DNA of 64,000 nt from Candidatus Poribacteria bacterium (GTDB taxonomy: Bacteria > Poribacteria > WGA-4E > WGA-3G). Of the stretch, positions 1 through 9,189 are shown in pieces. The notes beneath the pieces are model-generated. The model saw only the letters and a list, made by a program, of their open reading frames with translations. It was not told the origin of the DNA and searched no databases. Position 1 is the first letter of the stretch, and every line of letters starts with the position of its first letter. The position numbers were made by a program, and so were the translations under genes. The DNA lies in the NCBI GenBank assembly GCA_965198235.1, contig OZ240248.1:4256001-4320000 (forward strand), in the 5' to 3' direction.

Positions 1-2155
1 CCCTCGTCAGCAATTGTCTTGGTATCTCATAACGGTCCCTATATGTATTGAGATTTTCATTGTAAACCAACCACAAGTCATTCCCTTCACGGAAATTATA
101 TCGAAACCGAATATTCGTTGAGAACCGATCACTGGCAGTATTGTATTGCACAAAAGCATTCAGGGAAACTTGTGTGTTTAGAGCTGCCCGTGTCCGAAGC
201 CGAACGACATGTGCATTAAATCCCTGATTGCGTTCAGGGAAACGGACGATATTGACTTCGTACTCACTGCTCATTTCTAAATGTCGTGACACATTCCAAG
301 TCGGTTCTATACCAAAATCAAGTCGCCAACCGTCATAAAATCCGCCGAAAGCCCAATCGAAATCCGCGCGGAATAAGCTTCCACTGGGGGTCTCAAAACC
401 CCCTTCAGTCTTGAAATTGGTGTAGTTTCCCGCCGGGATCACCGTATCTTCGGGAAAATCTTCATCTTCGGGCAGATCTTCATAATCCATCTCAAAGTCT
501 ATCCAGACATCTGCCCCAGACTTCCACTGCAGATCGGTATCATAAGCGAGATGCGCGGATTCCACAGATCTATCTTCATTGCGGAGTACAATGAACCCGG
601 AAAACTGTAGCGGGCTTACTTTTCTAATTGAGGTTTCCTCCCCCATTAGCCAATCATAAGTAGCCTTTCCTCGCAGCAGCGTGAAATCCTCTCGCCTTGT
701 ATATCCAACCCCTGGCAAAAAATCTTTGCCGCTTCGGGCTGCGGCAAGCTGATAATCAAATCCAACATCGGTGCGGCGAGTGAGTTCTGTAAGAAACATC
801 GCTGTATCGAAAAAATTGGATGCTTGCTTTTGAATGATTTCGTCTTCAAAGGTTTGTCCCCACTTAATGGTTAAATATTCTTTTCCAAACAGCCGGAAAA
901 TGCCGTCAAGCCCATACGCGAAGTTGTAATTTCCTTTTTCGTCAATACGGTTTGTTACCATGATGCCAGCGTAGGAATATGGGTTGAGAACTTGCCGACG
1001 TAGCCGTAGCACTCCGAAGTTTTCTCTCGGGATGTCCGCCTTACGTGCGGTTTGCAGGTCAAGAAAACCGAGGTCCCAATTCCCGATACGTCCAACAAGT
1101 CTTGCCCCACCAATGATGGGAATCTGTTCACCACTTCGGATGCCGATGCGGCGGCTATGAAAAAGTCGAGCACGATTGACGAAATTGAAGGAAAAAAGCC
1201 CGGAACGTTCTTGAAAGAATTGCCTTTTTTCCGGGAAGAAGAGCGAAAACCGGCTTAGATTAACTTGTTGATCGTCTGCTTCCACCTGGGCAAAGTCAGG
1301 GTTTAGTGTTGTATCCAAAGTCAGGTTGCTGGTGACATTATATTTAATATCGACCCCAATATTTCTTGCCAATTCATTTTTGAGATGGTAGACGGTCTCG
1401 GCCTCGTTGAAGGTGGGTGTCTGTTCAAATCCGCCAATAGCGTAAGGCGTAAAGTAAACTGGTTTCTGACTGTAAACCTGATCTAAAAGTACAGGGTGTG
1501 CTCGAGATGGGGTATCAATATCACGCTCCGGAGACAGGTCTGGAAAGACCAGTCGTTCGTTTTTTCGGGCAATATCTCGATAGGTGATTAACCCCATGAC
1601 AACCCTACCCTTTTCATCCTGAAAACTTAGGCTGGAGAACGGAATACGCATTTCAACGAACCACCCCTCTTCATTCTGAACTGTGGCGACATCCCAATAG
1701 GTATTCCAGTTCTCGTTCTCCGATTTGCCATCATCAAAGATGGCTTCATCGCCTCGAATACCAGCCGGGGTTGTCCAAAATGATAGGGCACTGTTCCTAT
1801 CGTTGAAGGTATCAAGAATGATTCCGAACTTATCATCCTTGCTCGATCTGTCGCGATAGAGGGAGTTCACACGAATCCCGGAGGGATCGGTATCATAACA
1901 TCGCGCTGAACAGTAGAAATAATCCTGATCATAAGCAATTCTGATTTCAGTTCTCTCGGTGGGTTCACCCTTATAAGTGGGTCTATTCATGGTCATGGGT
2001 AGTGGCTCAATCTTCTGCCATCCGGGTTCGTCACTGAAGCCATCAATTTGGATAGATTCCGTCAAACGGGTTAACCGTATAGGTTCTTGGGCGTTAATGA
2101 TGTTCGCAGAAACGAAAAGAATTAAAATCACGCCCACTATCGCAGATTTAGACAT
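1..2155 (-). CDS. Secreted CBM9-like/DUF5916 family protein, 3' end runs off the window (absent from ORF track)
   Basis: Manual translation from ATG at 2155 (RBS GGAAGG upstream): signal peptide MSKSAIVGVILILFVSANIINA, then GWFVEMRIPFSSLSF and GVDIKYNVTSNLTLDTTLNPDFAQVEADDQQVNLSRFSLFFPEKRQFF, typical DUF5916 motifs. Frame was spot-checked, not read end to end. Confidence 0.85.
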   Translation of the reverse strand, partial: MSKSAIVGVILILFVSANIINAQEPIRLTRLTESIQIDGFSDEPGWQKIEPLPMTMNRPTYKGEPTERTEIRIAYDQDYFYCSARCYDTDPSGIRVNSLYRDRSSKDDKFGIILDTFNDRNSALSFWTTPAGIRGDEAIFDDGKSENENWNTYWDVATVQNEEGWFVEMRIPFSSLSFQDEKGRVVMGLITYRDIARKNERLVFPDLSPERDIDTPSRAHPVLLDQVYSQKPVYFTPYAIGGFEQTPTFNEAETVYHLKNELARNIGVDIKYNVTSNLTLDTTLNPDFAQVEADDQQVNLSRFSLFFPEKRQFFQERSGLFSFNFVNRARLFHSRRIGIRSGEQIPIIGGARLVGRIGNWDLGFLDLQTARKADIPRENFGVLRLRRQVLNPYSYAGIMVTNRIDEKGNYNFAYGLDGIFRLFGKEYLTIKWGQTFEDEIIQKQASNFFDTAMFLTELTRRTDVGFDYQLAAARSGKDFLPGVGYTRREDFTLLRGKATYDWLMGEETSIRKVSPLQFSGFIVLRNEDRSVESAHLAYDTDLQWKSGADVWIDFEMDYEDLPEDEDFPEDTVIPAGNYTNFKTEGGFETPSGSLFRADFDWAFGGFYDGWRLDFGIEPTWNVSRHLEMSSEYEVNIVRFPERNQGFNAHVVRLRTRAALNTQVSLNAFVQYNTASDRFSTNIRFRYNFREGNDLWLVYNENLNTYRDRYEIPRQLLTR

Positions 2156-2360
2156 CACATTATTTTTCCTTCCAACGCATCAAAATGCGTTATGTCTGGG
2201 GTTGATGCGTGTTTGATGAAATGATGATAATATGGATTGTTCATTGTCTAAATCAAGTTCTATAAATTTACAAGGGACTGCGATTCAGAATGCATATCTT
2301 ATTTTTAACGGAAAAAGACGCGCTTTGCATCTGTTTGAAGCAGGCCCACATGCCTATCGG

Positions 2361-2384
2361 GTAGGAACGATCTCTCAATCGCGG
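2361..2384 (+). repeat. GTAG-type REP-like palindrome (degenerate)
   Basis: GTAGGAACGATCTCTCAATCGCGG resembles GTAGGAGCGATCTCCGAATCGCGA at 38966 and GTAGGAGCGATCTCCTGATCGCGAT at 62801. Confidence 0.6.
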
Positions 2385-2412
2385 CCATTTGGTATAAGAA
2401 GGAAAAAGGGTG

Positions 2413-3165
2413 TTACCATGTCCGAGTGAAATTCATTCTACCCGTAAGCCCAGTTTCACCTTCCTCTTTCTTTGTCTCATATCCGAGATATAAGCCGAGG
2501 GTGTTATTTTCTCCATAACCGACGTTCAAACGTCCACCGAAATTGAGTGCCCACAGTCCACCGCCATCGCCGAGACCGAGCACGGCTTCAGCCTGTGGAC
2601 CAACCGCGACAGTGTCATTAAGAGCGTATGTGAGATAATTACGGGTGTAGAGTTCGTTTAGGCTTTCGTTATCAAATATCGACTTGACTGTACCGATTGT
2701 CCAATGAAAACCATAGATTTTACCGGCAGGTAAAAAAGCAAATATTTGTGGAAATAGGGCATTTGGACCGTCCGCAGTGGTATAATCAAACCCAACACCG
2801 AGCATCGGGAGCAGAATAAGCGTCAAGTTGTCACTCTTCACAACAGGGAATGAAACCCCCATATCAAACTCACCGAAATGATCGTTAACATAGATGTTGG
2901 AGTCAAACGCAACGCCACCGAGGGGATGGCTGGCACCAATTAAAAAATAAGTACCTAAGCTATCAACATCAATTTGAAACCAGCCTGTAATATTCGGTTT
3001 TTCTTCCATCGGCTTTTCTTCTGCTTTTTCACCTTCCATTTCATGACCATCGGCGAAGGCAGTAGAGAAACCAACAATAGACATCACACAAACTATTAAC
3101 ACGACAATAGCTAATGTAAAGACTTTATTGAAAATCTGTACAGGACAGATGAGACGATTGTTCAT
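2413..3165 (-). CDS. Putative outer-membrane beta-barrel protein
   Basis: Start at 3165 after AAAGGAGA; N-terminal signal/TM segment, alternating amphipathic beta strands, C-terminal aromatic (NFTRTW). Confidence 0.6.
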   Translation of the reverse strand: MNNRLICPVQIFNKVFTLAIVVLIVCVMSIVGFSTAFADGHEMEGEKAEEKPMEEKPNITGWFQIDVDSLGTYFLIGASHPLGGVAFDSNIYVNDHFGEFDMGVSFPVVKSDNLTLILLPMLGVGFDYTTADGPNALFPQIFAFLPAGKIYGFHWTIGTVKSIFDNESLNELYTRNYLTYALNDTVAVGPQAEAVLGLGDGGGLWALNFGGRLNVGYGENNTLGLYLGYETKKEEGETGLTGRMNFTRTW

Positions 3166-3282
3166 GAAAATCTCCTTTGCTTGATGGGACAGAGACATCA
3201 AAACTTGCCCTAAAAATTATTTCAAAATCTGATTGCAGTAATTTCTCGTCAACAATTATAGAGAGTCATCTTTCGGCTTTTA

Positions 3283-3404
3283 TAGGACTTACGCAAATTT
3301 GGAGTCGATGCCGACCTTGAGCGGATATTACCGAAGAACGCGCAATGAATTGCGCTACTACGAACGAAAGACCGCACGAAAACGGGTGAACTGCGTAAGT
3401 CCTA
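3283..3404. mobile_element. MITE family A copy 1 (TIR TAGGACTTACGCA, 5-bp TSD TTTTA)
   Basis: TAGGACTTACGCA at 3283 and TGCGTAAGTCCTA ending 3404; TTTTA at 3278-3282 and 3405-3409. Confidence 0.85.
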
Positions 3405-3406
3405 TT

Positions 3407-4096
3407 TTAATTAGCTTGCTCAACCTGTTCCATAAGCCACTCCACTTTACTCGGATCTTTTATACCCTTTGATGCTTCAACACCAGAACAGAGGTCGATG
3501 CCGTGGGGACGAATTGTCTCAATAGCGGCTTTGACATTCTCCGGACGAATCCCACCTGCGAAGAAAACGGGCAGCGGACTCTCTGCAATGAGCTCAGCAG
3601 CGACATTCCAATCACAGGTTTTTCCTGTACCGCCGTATCTCGGTTTCTCAAGACTTACATCAACGCTATCAAACAGCAGGAAATTCGCGCCAGCATCTCG
3701 GTACGCCAGCATCTCTTCTCGAACAGCCGGGACATCCACATTTTTAGGACTTCCCGCCGGCAAATAGACAGACTTCCAGAACTCACATGCGCTTGTGCGC
3801 TTAAGTTCCTCAACCTGCTGTGGAGACTCCTGTCCAAGGAGTTGAACGGCAAATGGCTGAACCTGCGAGACTATTTCTTGGATGTCGGACGTTGAGCGGT
3901 TATAGAGTAGAATTACGGTAGGAATAGGACTCTCGCTTGCAATTTCGGCGGCTTGAGTCGCGGAGCGTGTCCGTTCAGATACGGCAACATCAACCAACAC
4001 CCCGATGTAATCCGCTCCCGCATCAGCAGCAAGTCGAGCATCATGGATAGAGGTAGTGCCACAGATTTTGACACTGCAGCCGGATTCTTTAGACAT
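3407..4096 (-). CDS. trpF: Phosphoribosylanthranilate isomerase
   Basis: VKICG, GADYIG, YGGTGKTCDW, FAGGIRPENV, GIDLCSGVE motifs. Confidence 0.9.
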   Translation of the reverse strand: MSKESGCSVKICGTTSIHDARLAADAGADYIGVLVDVAVSERTRSATQAAEIASESPIPTVILLYNRSTSDIQEIVSQVQPFAVQLLGQESPQQVEELKRTSACEFWKSVYLPAGSPKNVDVPAVREEMLAYRDAGANFLLFDSVDVSLEKPRYGGTGKTCDWNVAAELIAESPLPVFFAGGIRPENVKAAIETIRPHGIDLCSGVEASKGIKDPSKVEWLMEQVEQAN

Positions 4097-4181
4097 TTTT
4101 TAATTATTCCTTGCGGTTCAGTGACGTGGTTTGAAATGTGGCGGTTTTTCCTTGGAGTCGCCCTCCATTTCATTACGGGCT
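4097..4181 (-). repeat. Hairpin element ending CCGCAAGGAATAATTAAAAA directly at the trpF ATG
   Basis: Shares the 5' hairpin (AGCCCGTAATGAAATGGAGGGCG) and 3' end with copies at 25527, 35284, 48673 and 49167. Confidence 0.75.
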
Positions 4182-4285
4182 TGGTTTTTGAGCGAATAAG
4201 AAGATAGCAAAACTACTGACCGCTGATTACAGCATCATAATTTGGGGGCACTGCCACAATGCCTGACCACTACACCTTACTTAAT

Positions 4286-4407
4286 TAGGACTTACGCAAT
4301 TTTGTTCATAGCCCGCTCGCTTAGAGAGGGATCGTATAAAAAACGCAGGCGTTGTGTGGCACAACCTAACAGGTTATGCTACAAAAGAGGACGCTGCGTA
4401 AGTCCCA
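4286..4407. mobile_element. MITE family A copy 2 (5-bp TSD TTAAT)
   Basis: TAGGACTTACGCA ... TGCGTAAGTCCCA; TTAAT at 4281-4285 and 4408-4412. Confidence 0.85.
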
Positions 4408-4446
4408 TTAATAAGGTACTGAGGACCTCATCCACACAATAACTAC

Positions 4447-4806
4447 TCACTCTTCAAAGATGGTTTGCCGATCGGCATCCGAATAACAGATAATCATCGT
4501 TACGGGTTGCCAACCGGTGTTGACGGCATTGTGCTTGACATTACGTGGAATACGCAGCATCATTCCCGGTCTGAGCGGGATAACCTCATCTCCCAACCTG
4601 TGATCGCATTCACCTGAAAGAACATAGATAAGCTCCTCACAGTTCGGATGATAGTGGGTAGGATTGCCTTCACCGGCGTTAATATAGACAATACCAAACG
4701 TCATCTCAGCTTCTGGATCAATCTGATCGTTACAGAGCCACTTAATCGCGCCCCACGGGAATTCAAGCGCGCCGGTATCGTTGCTGTTAGTTAACGTTAT
4801 TTCCAT
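4447..4806 (-). CDS. Cupin domain protein
   Basis: HYHPNCEELIYVLSG and IPRNVKH cupin metal motifs. Confidence 0.85.
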   Translation of the reverse strand: MEITLTNSNDTGALEFPWGAIKWLCNDQIDPEAEMTFGIVYINAGEGNPTHYHPNCEELIYVLSGECDHRLGDEVIPLRPGMMLRIPRNVKHNAVNTGWQPVTMIICYSDADRQTIFEE

Positions 4807-4957
4807 AGTGGTTTCCTTTTTTTAAACTTCATCAAACTTCGCCAGCGGCGGTGGGGTTCGTTCGCTGAACAACTGCCTACATATTTCCGGGCTTTACTAT
4901 AAAGTGCCGGCAAGGAATGTCCAGTGGACATTCTGATCTTCAAGCATAAACTATTGT

Positions 4958-5121
4958 TAACCCAAGCCACTTTTTTATTCACATAGCACCCCTCTGGGAT
5001 GCGGCTTCTCGAATGGCCGATTTTCTATAGACATAACACCCCTACGGGGTGTAAAAAGAAGTTTTTACTTGAAAAATCTATGTTCAAACGTTCAAGACCT
5101 ATTAGGTAGCAACTTGGATTA
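4958..5121. mobile_element. MITE-like family B copy 1
   Basis: Ends TAACCCAAG / CTTGGATTA overlapped by direct repeat TATTGTTAA; internal CACATAGCACCCCTCTGGGATGC and TATAGACATAACACCCCTACGGGGTG hairpins shared with 23943-24200. Confidence 0.65.
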
Positions 5122-5161
5122 TTGTTAAAAACCTTTCGCATAGTCAACGCTTGGCAACCCA

Positions 5162-6007
5162 TTAAAAAACTTCAAAACAAATTAAACACTGCAAGGCATA
5201 CGCTTGTAGTCCCATCGTAGGCTCTTCGTGAAGATAGCCGATAGGAGCAGAGATAGCCCGCACACTGCGAATTTGCATATCAAGTGCCCGATGTGTATGT
5301 CCGAAGAGCGCATGCGTGACAAGAGGCTCCTGTAAGCATTGTGTACCGAGATGCTTGCTGCCCATGAACGCCTGAAAAAAATCCCACGGCAACTCACCGC
5401 GGTATCGGATACACTCCCGAAACGGAACATGGTGTGTGACGACAACGATACGTGATACATCGTCCCGAATAGAGGCAATCTGCGCCTCAAGATCTGCTTC
5501 AAAACGCCGGGCAACAACAGGATCAGGAGCCTCCCATTTGGCGTACCGCTTATCGTTCCAGACGGCTCCCATCAACTCCTTTTCGGCATATTGATTATCG
5601 GAGAAATCGTACCCATCCGGGGCAAAACTATAATCGTACCAGCCGATAGTCCCACAGAAACCGATTTTCTCCCTGACAAAGGGTTCATCCATCAACGGAT
5701 GAAATCCGCACGCATAACAAAGTTCCGAAATAATCCCGCATTTCTGTTCACTTGTAACGTTAGAGGTCTCAATAGCCCAGATGTCATGGTTACCGGGGAC
5801 AAACACTATCTCACATGCCAAATCCGCAAGGTGAAAGGCATTCAGCGTTTCAGAAAGCTGAACTAAATGTCGTGCGAGATCTCCAGCGAGCACTAAAACG
5901 TCAAGTTCTGCTGCCCTAACAGCATCAATGAGATGCGGCACAAGTGCCTTGTTCCAAGGCGTAACGTCCGTGTGCAAGTCTGAAATGAGTCCAATTTTCA
6001 TTTTCAA
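5162..6007 (-). CDS. Metallophosphoesterase (calcineurin-like)
   Basis: SDLH, AGD, GNHD, THH, GHTH motifs. Confidence 0.9.
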   Translation of the reverse strand: MKMKIGLISDLHTDVTPWNKALVPHLIDAVRAAELDVLVLAGDLARHLVQLSETLNAFHLADLACEIVFVPGNHDIWAIETSNVTSEQKCGIISELCYACGFHPLMDEPFVREKIGFCGTIGWYDYSFAPDGYDFSDNQYAEKELMGAVWNDKRYAKWEAPDPVVARRFEADLEAQIASIRDDVSRIVVVTHHVPFRECIRYRGELPWDFFQAFMGSKHLGTQCLQEPLVTHALFGHTHRALDMQIRSVRAISAPIGYLHEEPTMGLQAYALQCLICFEVF

Positions 6008-7452
6008 TCGTTAGAAAATTCCAAACCCCTGAAAACCTCATCCAGAAAGATACGCACCCCACTGTCATCGTCCTGCTGGTACTGTTGAAGCTGGCGTTCC
6101 AACGCTCGGATTGAAGGCACATCGCCGATTTTCGCAATAGCGTCTACAAGTGTGAGTTGAATCGCGGATTCAGTGCTGTTTTCCAAGGCATTAATCAATC
6201 GATCCCGCGCCTTAGATCCACCAATGCCCCCGAGTGCAGAAGCAGTAATATCCTTCGTGCTGGTGTCTCCCTTTTCAAACGCAGTAATAAGAGCATCAAC
6301 AGCGGGTTCACCAATCTGACTGAGTGCTAACCCAGCTTGAAAGCGGATGCCGGGAATTTCTGCGGAGTTTTCAAGAACAACAATGAGAGGATCGATCGCA
6401 GAAACGGGTTTGAGAATTCCGAGCATAGCAAGACAGGCGCGTCGAATTTCCTGCTCCGGTTCCACTTTAATTTGGATGTATTCTTGCACAAGCTTAGCGA
6501 GTTGCCCTTCGTTAATTCTTTGATAAAGTGCTTCGGATCTGTGTCTGAATTGCGTCCCGAAGGGAGCCTTAAGGGTAGCAGTATTCTCGGTCCTATCCAC
6601 AGTGAGTAAACCGAGGATCGCAGCAGATTCCAACTGCCGTGCCTGAAGACTATCGGCTGGAAGTTGGTTCACATCCGCGCTTTGAAACTCCTGAAAAAGG
6701 TCATTTAGGACACTCAATTCAACGAGGTGCTGAAGACTATTAATTGATTCTTTCCGGAGTGAGAACTCTGTGCTATTTTCGAAGAGGTCCACGAGTGGCT
6801 CAATCGCACGGATATCGCCTAAGTCTCCGAGCGCGTCCACAGCGGCAATTTTCACGCCTATTAATTCAGTGGTTCGGAACGTAAACTGCTTTTTAGAAAG
6901 CTTTCCGAGCGTCTTCTTGTAATCATCAAGACTATAAATTTTGCGCTCATCGACAATCTTCTCAACGATGTCCCCTACCTGAATATCGGTATTCGCTGCG
7001 GGGGTACCGGGTTGAATCTGTTTGACACGCACAGTGCCACTGCCTTCAACGCTGAGCCCTACCTTATCTCCCTGTCTGCGGAGAGCGATACGCAGTGGTG
7101 GCTTATCTTTTAAATGAAGAATGAAGTTATTATCCTCATCCAGTACCTGCTTTATCGCACTGTTAAAGTCTCCAACGTCTCGGACAGGGTATTCTGCAAT
7201 GACATAAGAGATAAGTTCACCGCTCTCAAGCTGTGCTCTATCTGCGGGTCCACTCGGTGTCGTATTCAAAACAACGACACCGCTTGTCGACCAGCGATCT
7301 TTCAGGTCACTGTCTAACTGCTGCACCTGCATTTTTAGGCGTTCATCGTAATACTGATTATCACATCCGAGTCCCAGCATTAGTACAAAAAGGAGTGACA
7401 CGATAAACACCAAGTAGTGAGGTTTGTTAAACCGTGTTATTTTCTTTCGCAT
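6004..7452 (-). CDS. Lipoprotein with PDZ domains and HEAT repeats
   Basis: Lipobox-like LGLGC; PDZ motifs (SGPADRAQL, QPGTPAANTDIQVGDIV); HEAT units (AVDALGDLGD, ASALGGIGG); start 7452 preferred from RBS GGAAGG. Confidence 0.75.
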   Translation of the reverse strand: MRKKITRFNKPHYLVFIVSLLFVLMLGLGCDNQYYDERLKMQVQQLDSDLKDRWSTSGVVVLNTTPSGPADRAQLESGELISYVIAEYPVRDVGDFNSAIKQVLDEDNNFILHLKDKPPLRIALRRQGDKVGLSVEGSGTVRVKQIQPGTPAANTDIQVGDIVEKIVDERKIYSLDDYKKTLGKLSKKQFTFRTTELIGVKIAAVDALGDLGDIRAIEPLVDLFENSTEFSLRKESINSLQHLVELSVLNDLFQEFQSADVNQLPADSLQARQLESAAILGLLTVDRTENTATLKAPFGTQFRHRSEALYQRINEGQLAKLVQEYIQIKVEPEQEIRRACLAMLGILKPVSAIDPLIVVLENSAEIPGIRFQAGLALSQIGEPAVDALITAFEKGDTSTKDITASALGGIGGSKARDRLINALENSTESAIQLTLVDAIAKIGDVPSIRALERQLQQYQQDDDSGVRIFLDEVFRGLEFSND

Positions 7453-7552
7453 ACAGGATCCTTCCATTTTATAGCAAGTTTAGCCCCTTCCGAGTAACGG
7501 GCGGGGCCCGGCGTTGCCAGCTGCGCCGAAGGGGACGAGAACGGCTCACAGT

Positions 7553-8437
7553 TCAATTAAGAGGAATGACGACATCCCGGCTGCTCTGTTCTTTCAAAGC
7601 CTCTAAGAGAGGTTCCACAACTTTTTCGTCACCGAGGACTGCCAACGCTCGAATCGCATCAACACGCAGGGATGACCCTTTATTTTGCACAATTTTGACT
7701 AACTCCGGCACAGCAGCACCCCCGATCTTGCCGAGTGCTTCTACAGCAAGCTGGCGGACCTCAGGTTCCTCCCGGTCGCGCTTCCATCTCGCAGAACCGG
7801 ACTCAATCAACGCGGCGAGTGCTGGAATCGCTTGTTCACTTCCAACCTCTCCGAGTGCCTTGACGGCATTCAAGCGAGTTTCCGTTCTTCGATGATCCAG
7901 AAGTTTTACCAAAATAGGGACAATCGTCCCCGGATCCTCCCTACCGAGATGCCCAAGTATCCAATGTGCATTATGCCTATCGCGATTGTCACTCGACTTA
8001 ATCGCCTTTTGGAGTTGGTTGAGAAGCCGCTTCCGGTCGCCTTGTTTATAGACTCGTTTCAGAGCATCAAGTGCAGCATTTTGGACATCCAAGTCGTCAT
8101 CACGGAGTGTCTCAAAAACGAGTCTTTCGAGGTACTTCCTCTGCTCGGCTTGATACGCGAGGAACATCTGTTTGCCTCGCTCCGTGATCGATGCTCCCTC
8201 CCAATCAGTGGTGTTCGGCTCGTAAAATTCCTGCGAGTTGTAAAATCCGAGCAGATAGTATGCCTCAGCATTATCAATCTGTTGCTGGAGCGCAAGTTTA
8301 AATTCTCGGACAGCGCGTTCCTCTTTGCGTCGTTTATCCGATTTAATCAGTTCCTTACCCTTCGCGAGGTTCTCGTTCTGGGTGCCACACCCAATTACAA
8401 AGAGCATAAGCGCGAGGGCAAGCCAGATTTTTTTCAT
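7553..8437 (-). CDS. HEAT-repeat lipoprotein, possibly C-terminally truncated
   Basis: Lipobox FVIGC; HEAT units NAVKALGEVG, LAVEALGKIG, DAIRALAVLG; ends abruptly at a repeat-like sequence. Confidence 0.75.
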   Translation of the reverse strand: MKKIWLALALMLFVIGCGTQNENLAKGKELIKSDKRRKEERAVREFKLALQQQIDNAEAYYLLGFYNSQEFYEPNTTDWEGASITERGKQMFLAYQAEQRKYLERLVFETLRDDDLDVQNAALDALKRVYKQGDRKRLLNQLQKAIKSSDNRDRHNAHWILGHLGREDPGTIVPILVKLLDHRRTETRLNAVKALGEVGSEQAIPALAALIESGSARWKRDREEPEVRQLAVEALGKIGGAAVPELVKIVQNKGSSLRVDAIRALAVLGDEKVVEPLLEALKEQSSRDVVIPLN

Positions 8438-8625
8438 AGTCGATTTCTCCTATGCCACTGTCGGTCAGTGCCACCTTTAACTTCAAAGCGATTCAATATG
8501 TCTGGCGGTTTTCTGAATCTTCATCGCGGCAGGTTATGCCTACTAATAGGGAGTGAGCCGTTCCGTAGATACTTGCTAATACAGCTCACTTTAACACCCA
8601 ATTGAACGAAACAGGACTCACACCA

Positions 8626-9189
8626 TTAGGCATTAAGCAGTTCCTGCTGTTCGCCGCCGGGCTCAGCAGCTTGATCCTCATCTCCGCCTGTATCTTCCGG
8701 TTCCTCTACTTCTACTTCTGCTTCTTCTTCTTCTTGTTCTTCTGCATCAAGTGCCTTCTGCAGGGTAACAAGTGGCTTTTCAATGAATCCCCAATCCTTA
8801 TATCTCTGGATAACATTCGTTTCTGAGGATGGAAGTTCAATTTCAAGGGTTTTCGCGCCATCTTCTGCAGCGGTAGCCTCCGCAGCTTTTATGAGATGGT
8901 CTGCTACCCCTAATTGCCGAAACGGTCCGGATACAGCGAGATTCCCGACTTGGGCTGCCTCAGGATCGCTGGAATCCTTGCTCACAGTAATCTGTCCGAT
9001 TGGGTATCCACTCGACTCCGCAACGAGTCGATGGGTCTGACCGTCCGATTCCAAATCGGCTTGCAGTTCCTTCGTAACCTGTGTTTTGGTTTTTTCAGGA
9101 AAACAAAATGCGTGTAAATGTGTCGCATCGTCTTCTTCAGCCGGGCGTATTTTGAGTGCACCGGTCAAGCCAAAGTCTTGATTTGCCAT
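8626..9189 (-). CDS. GNAT family N-acetyltransferase with acidic tail
   Basis: LAVSGPFRQLGVADHL acetyl-CoA motif, YKDWGF. Confidence 0.8.
   Translation of the reverse strand: MANQDFGLTGALKIRPAEEDDATHLHAFCFPEKTKTQVTKELQADLESDGQTHRLVAESSGYPIGQITVSKDSSDPEAAQVGNLAVSGPFRQLGVADHLIKAAEATAAEDGAKTLEIELPSSETNVIQRYKDWGFIEKPLVTLQKALDAEEQEEEEAEVEVEEPEDTGGDEDQAAEPGGEQQELLNA

Noticed and set aside
646-2429. Short ORFs listed in the track at the left edge
   Set aside because: Most overlap the long minus-strand DUF5916 gene that the track missed because it has no stop in the window; 2232-2429 is intergenic with no recognisable motifs
7468-7555. Selenocysteine read-through of the TGA at 7553-7555, or a group II intron domain V
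   Set aside because: The read-through peptide is not HEAT-like and has no redox motif; only GAGCCG matches domain V and the rest of the helix is absent
7832-8605. 257-aa plus-strand ORF
   Set aside because: Antisense shadow of the HEAT lipoprotein gene with no recognisable motifs
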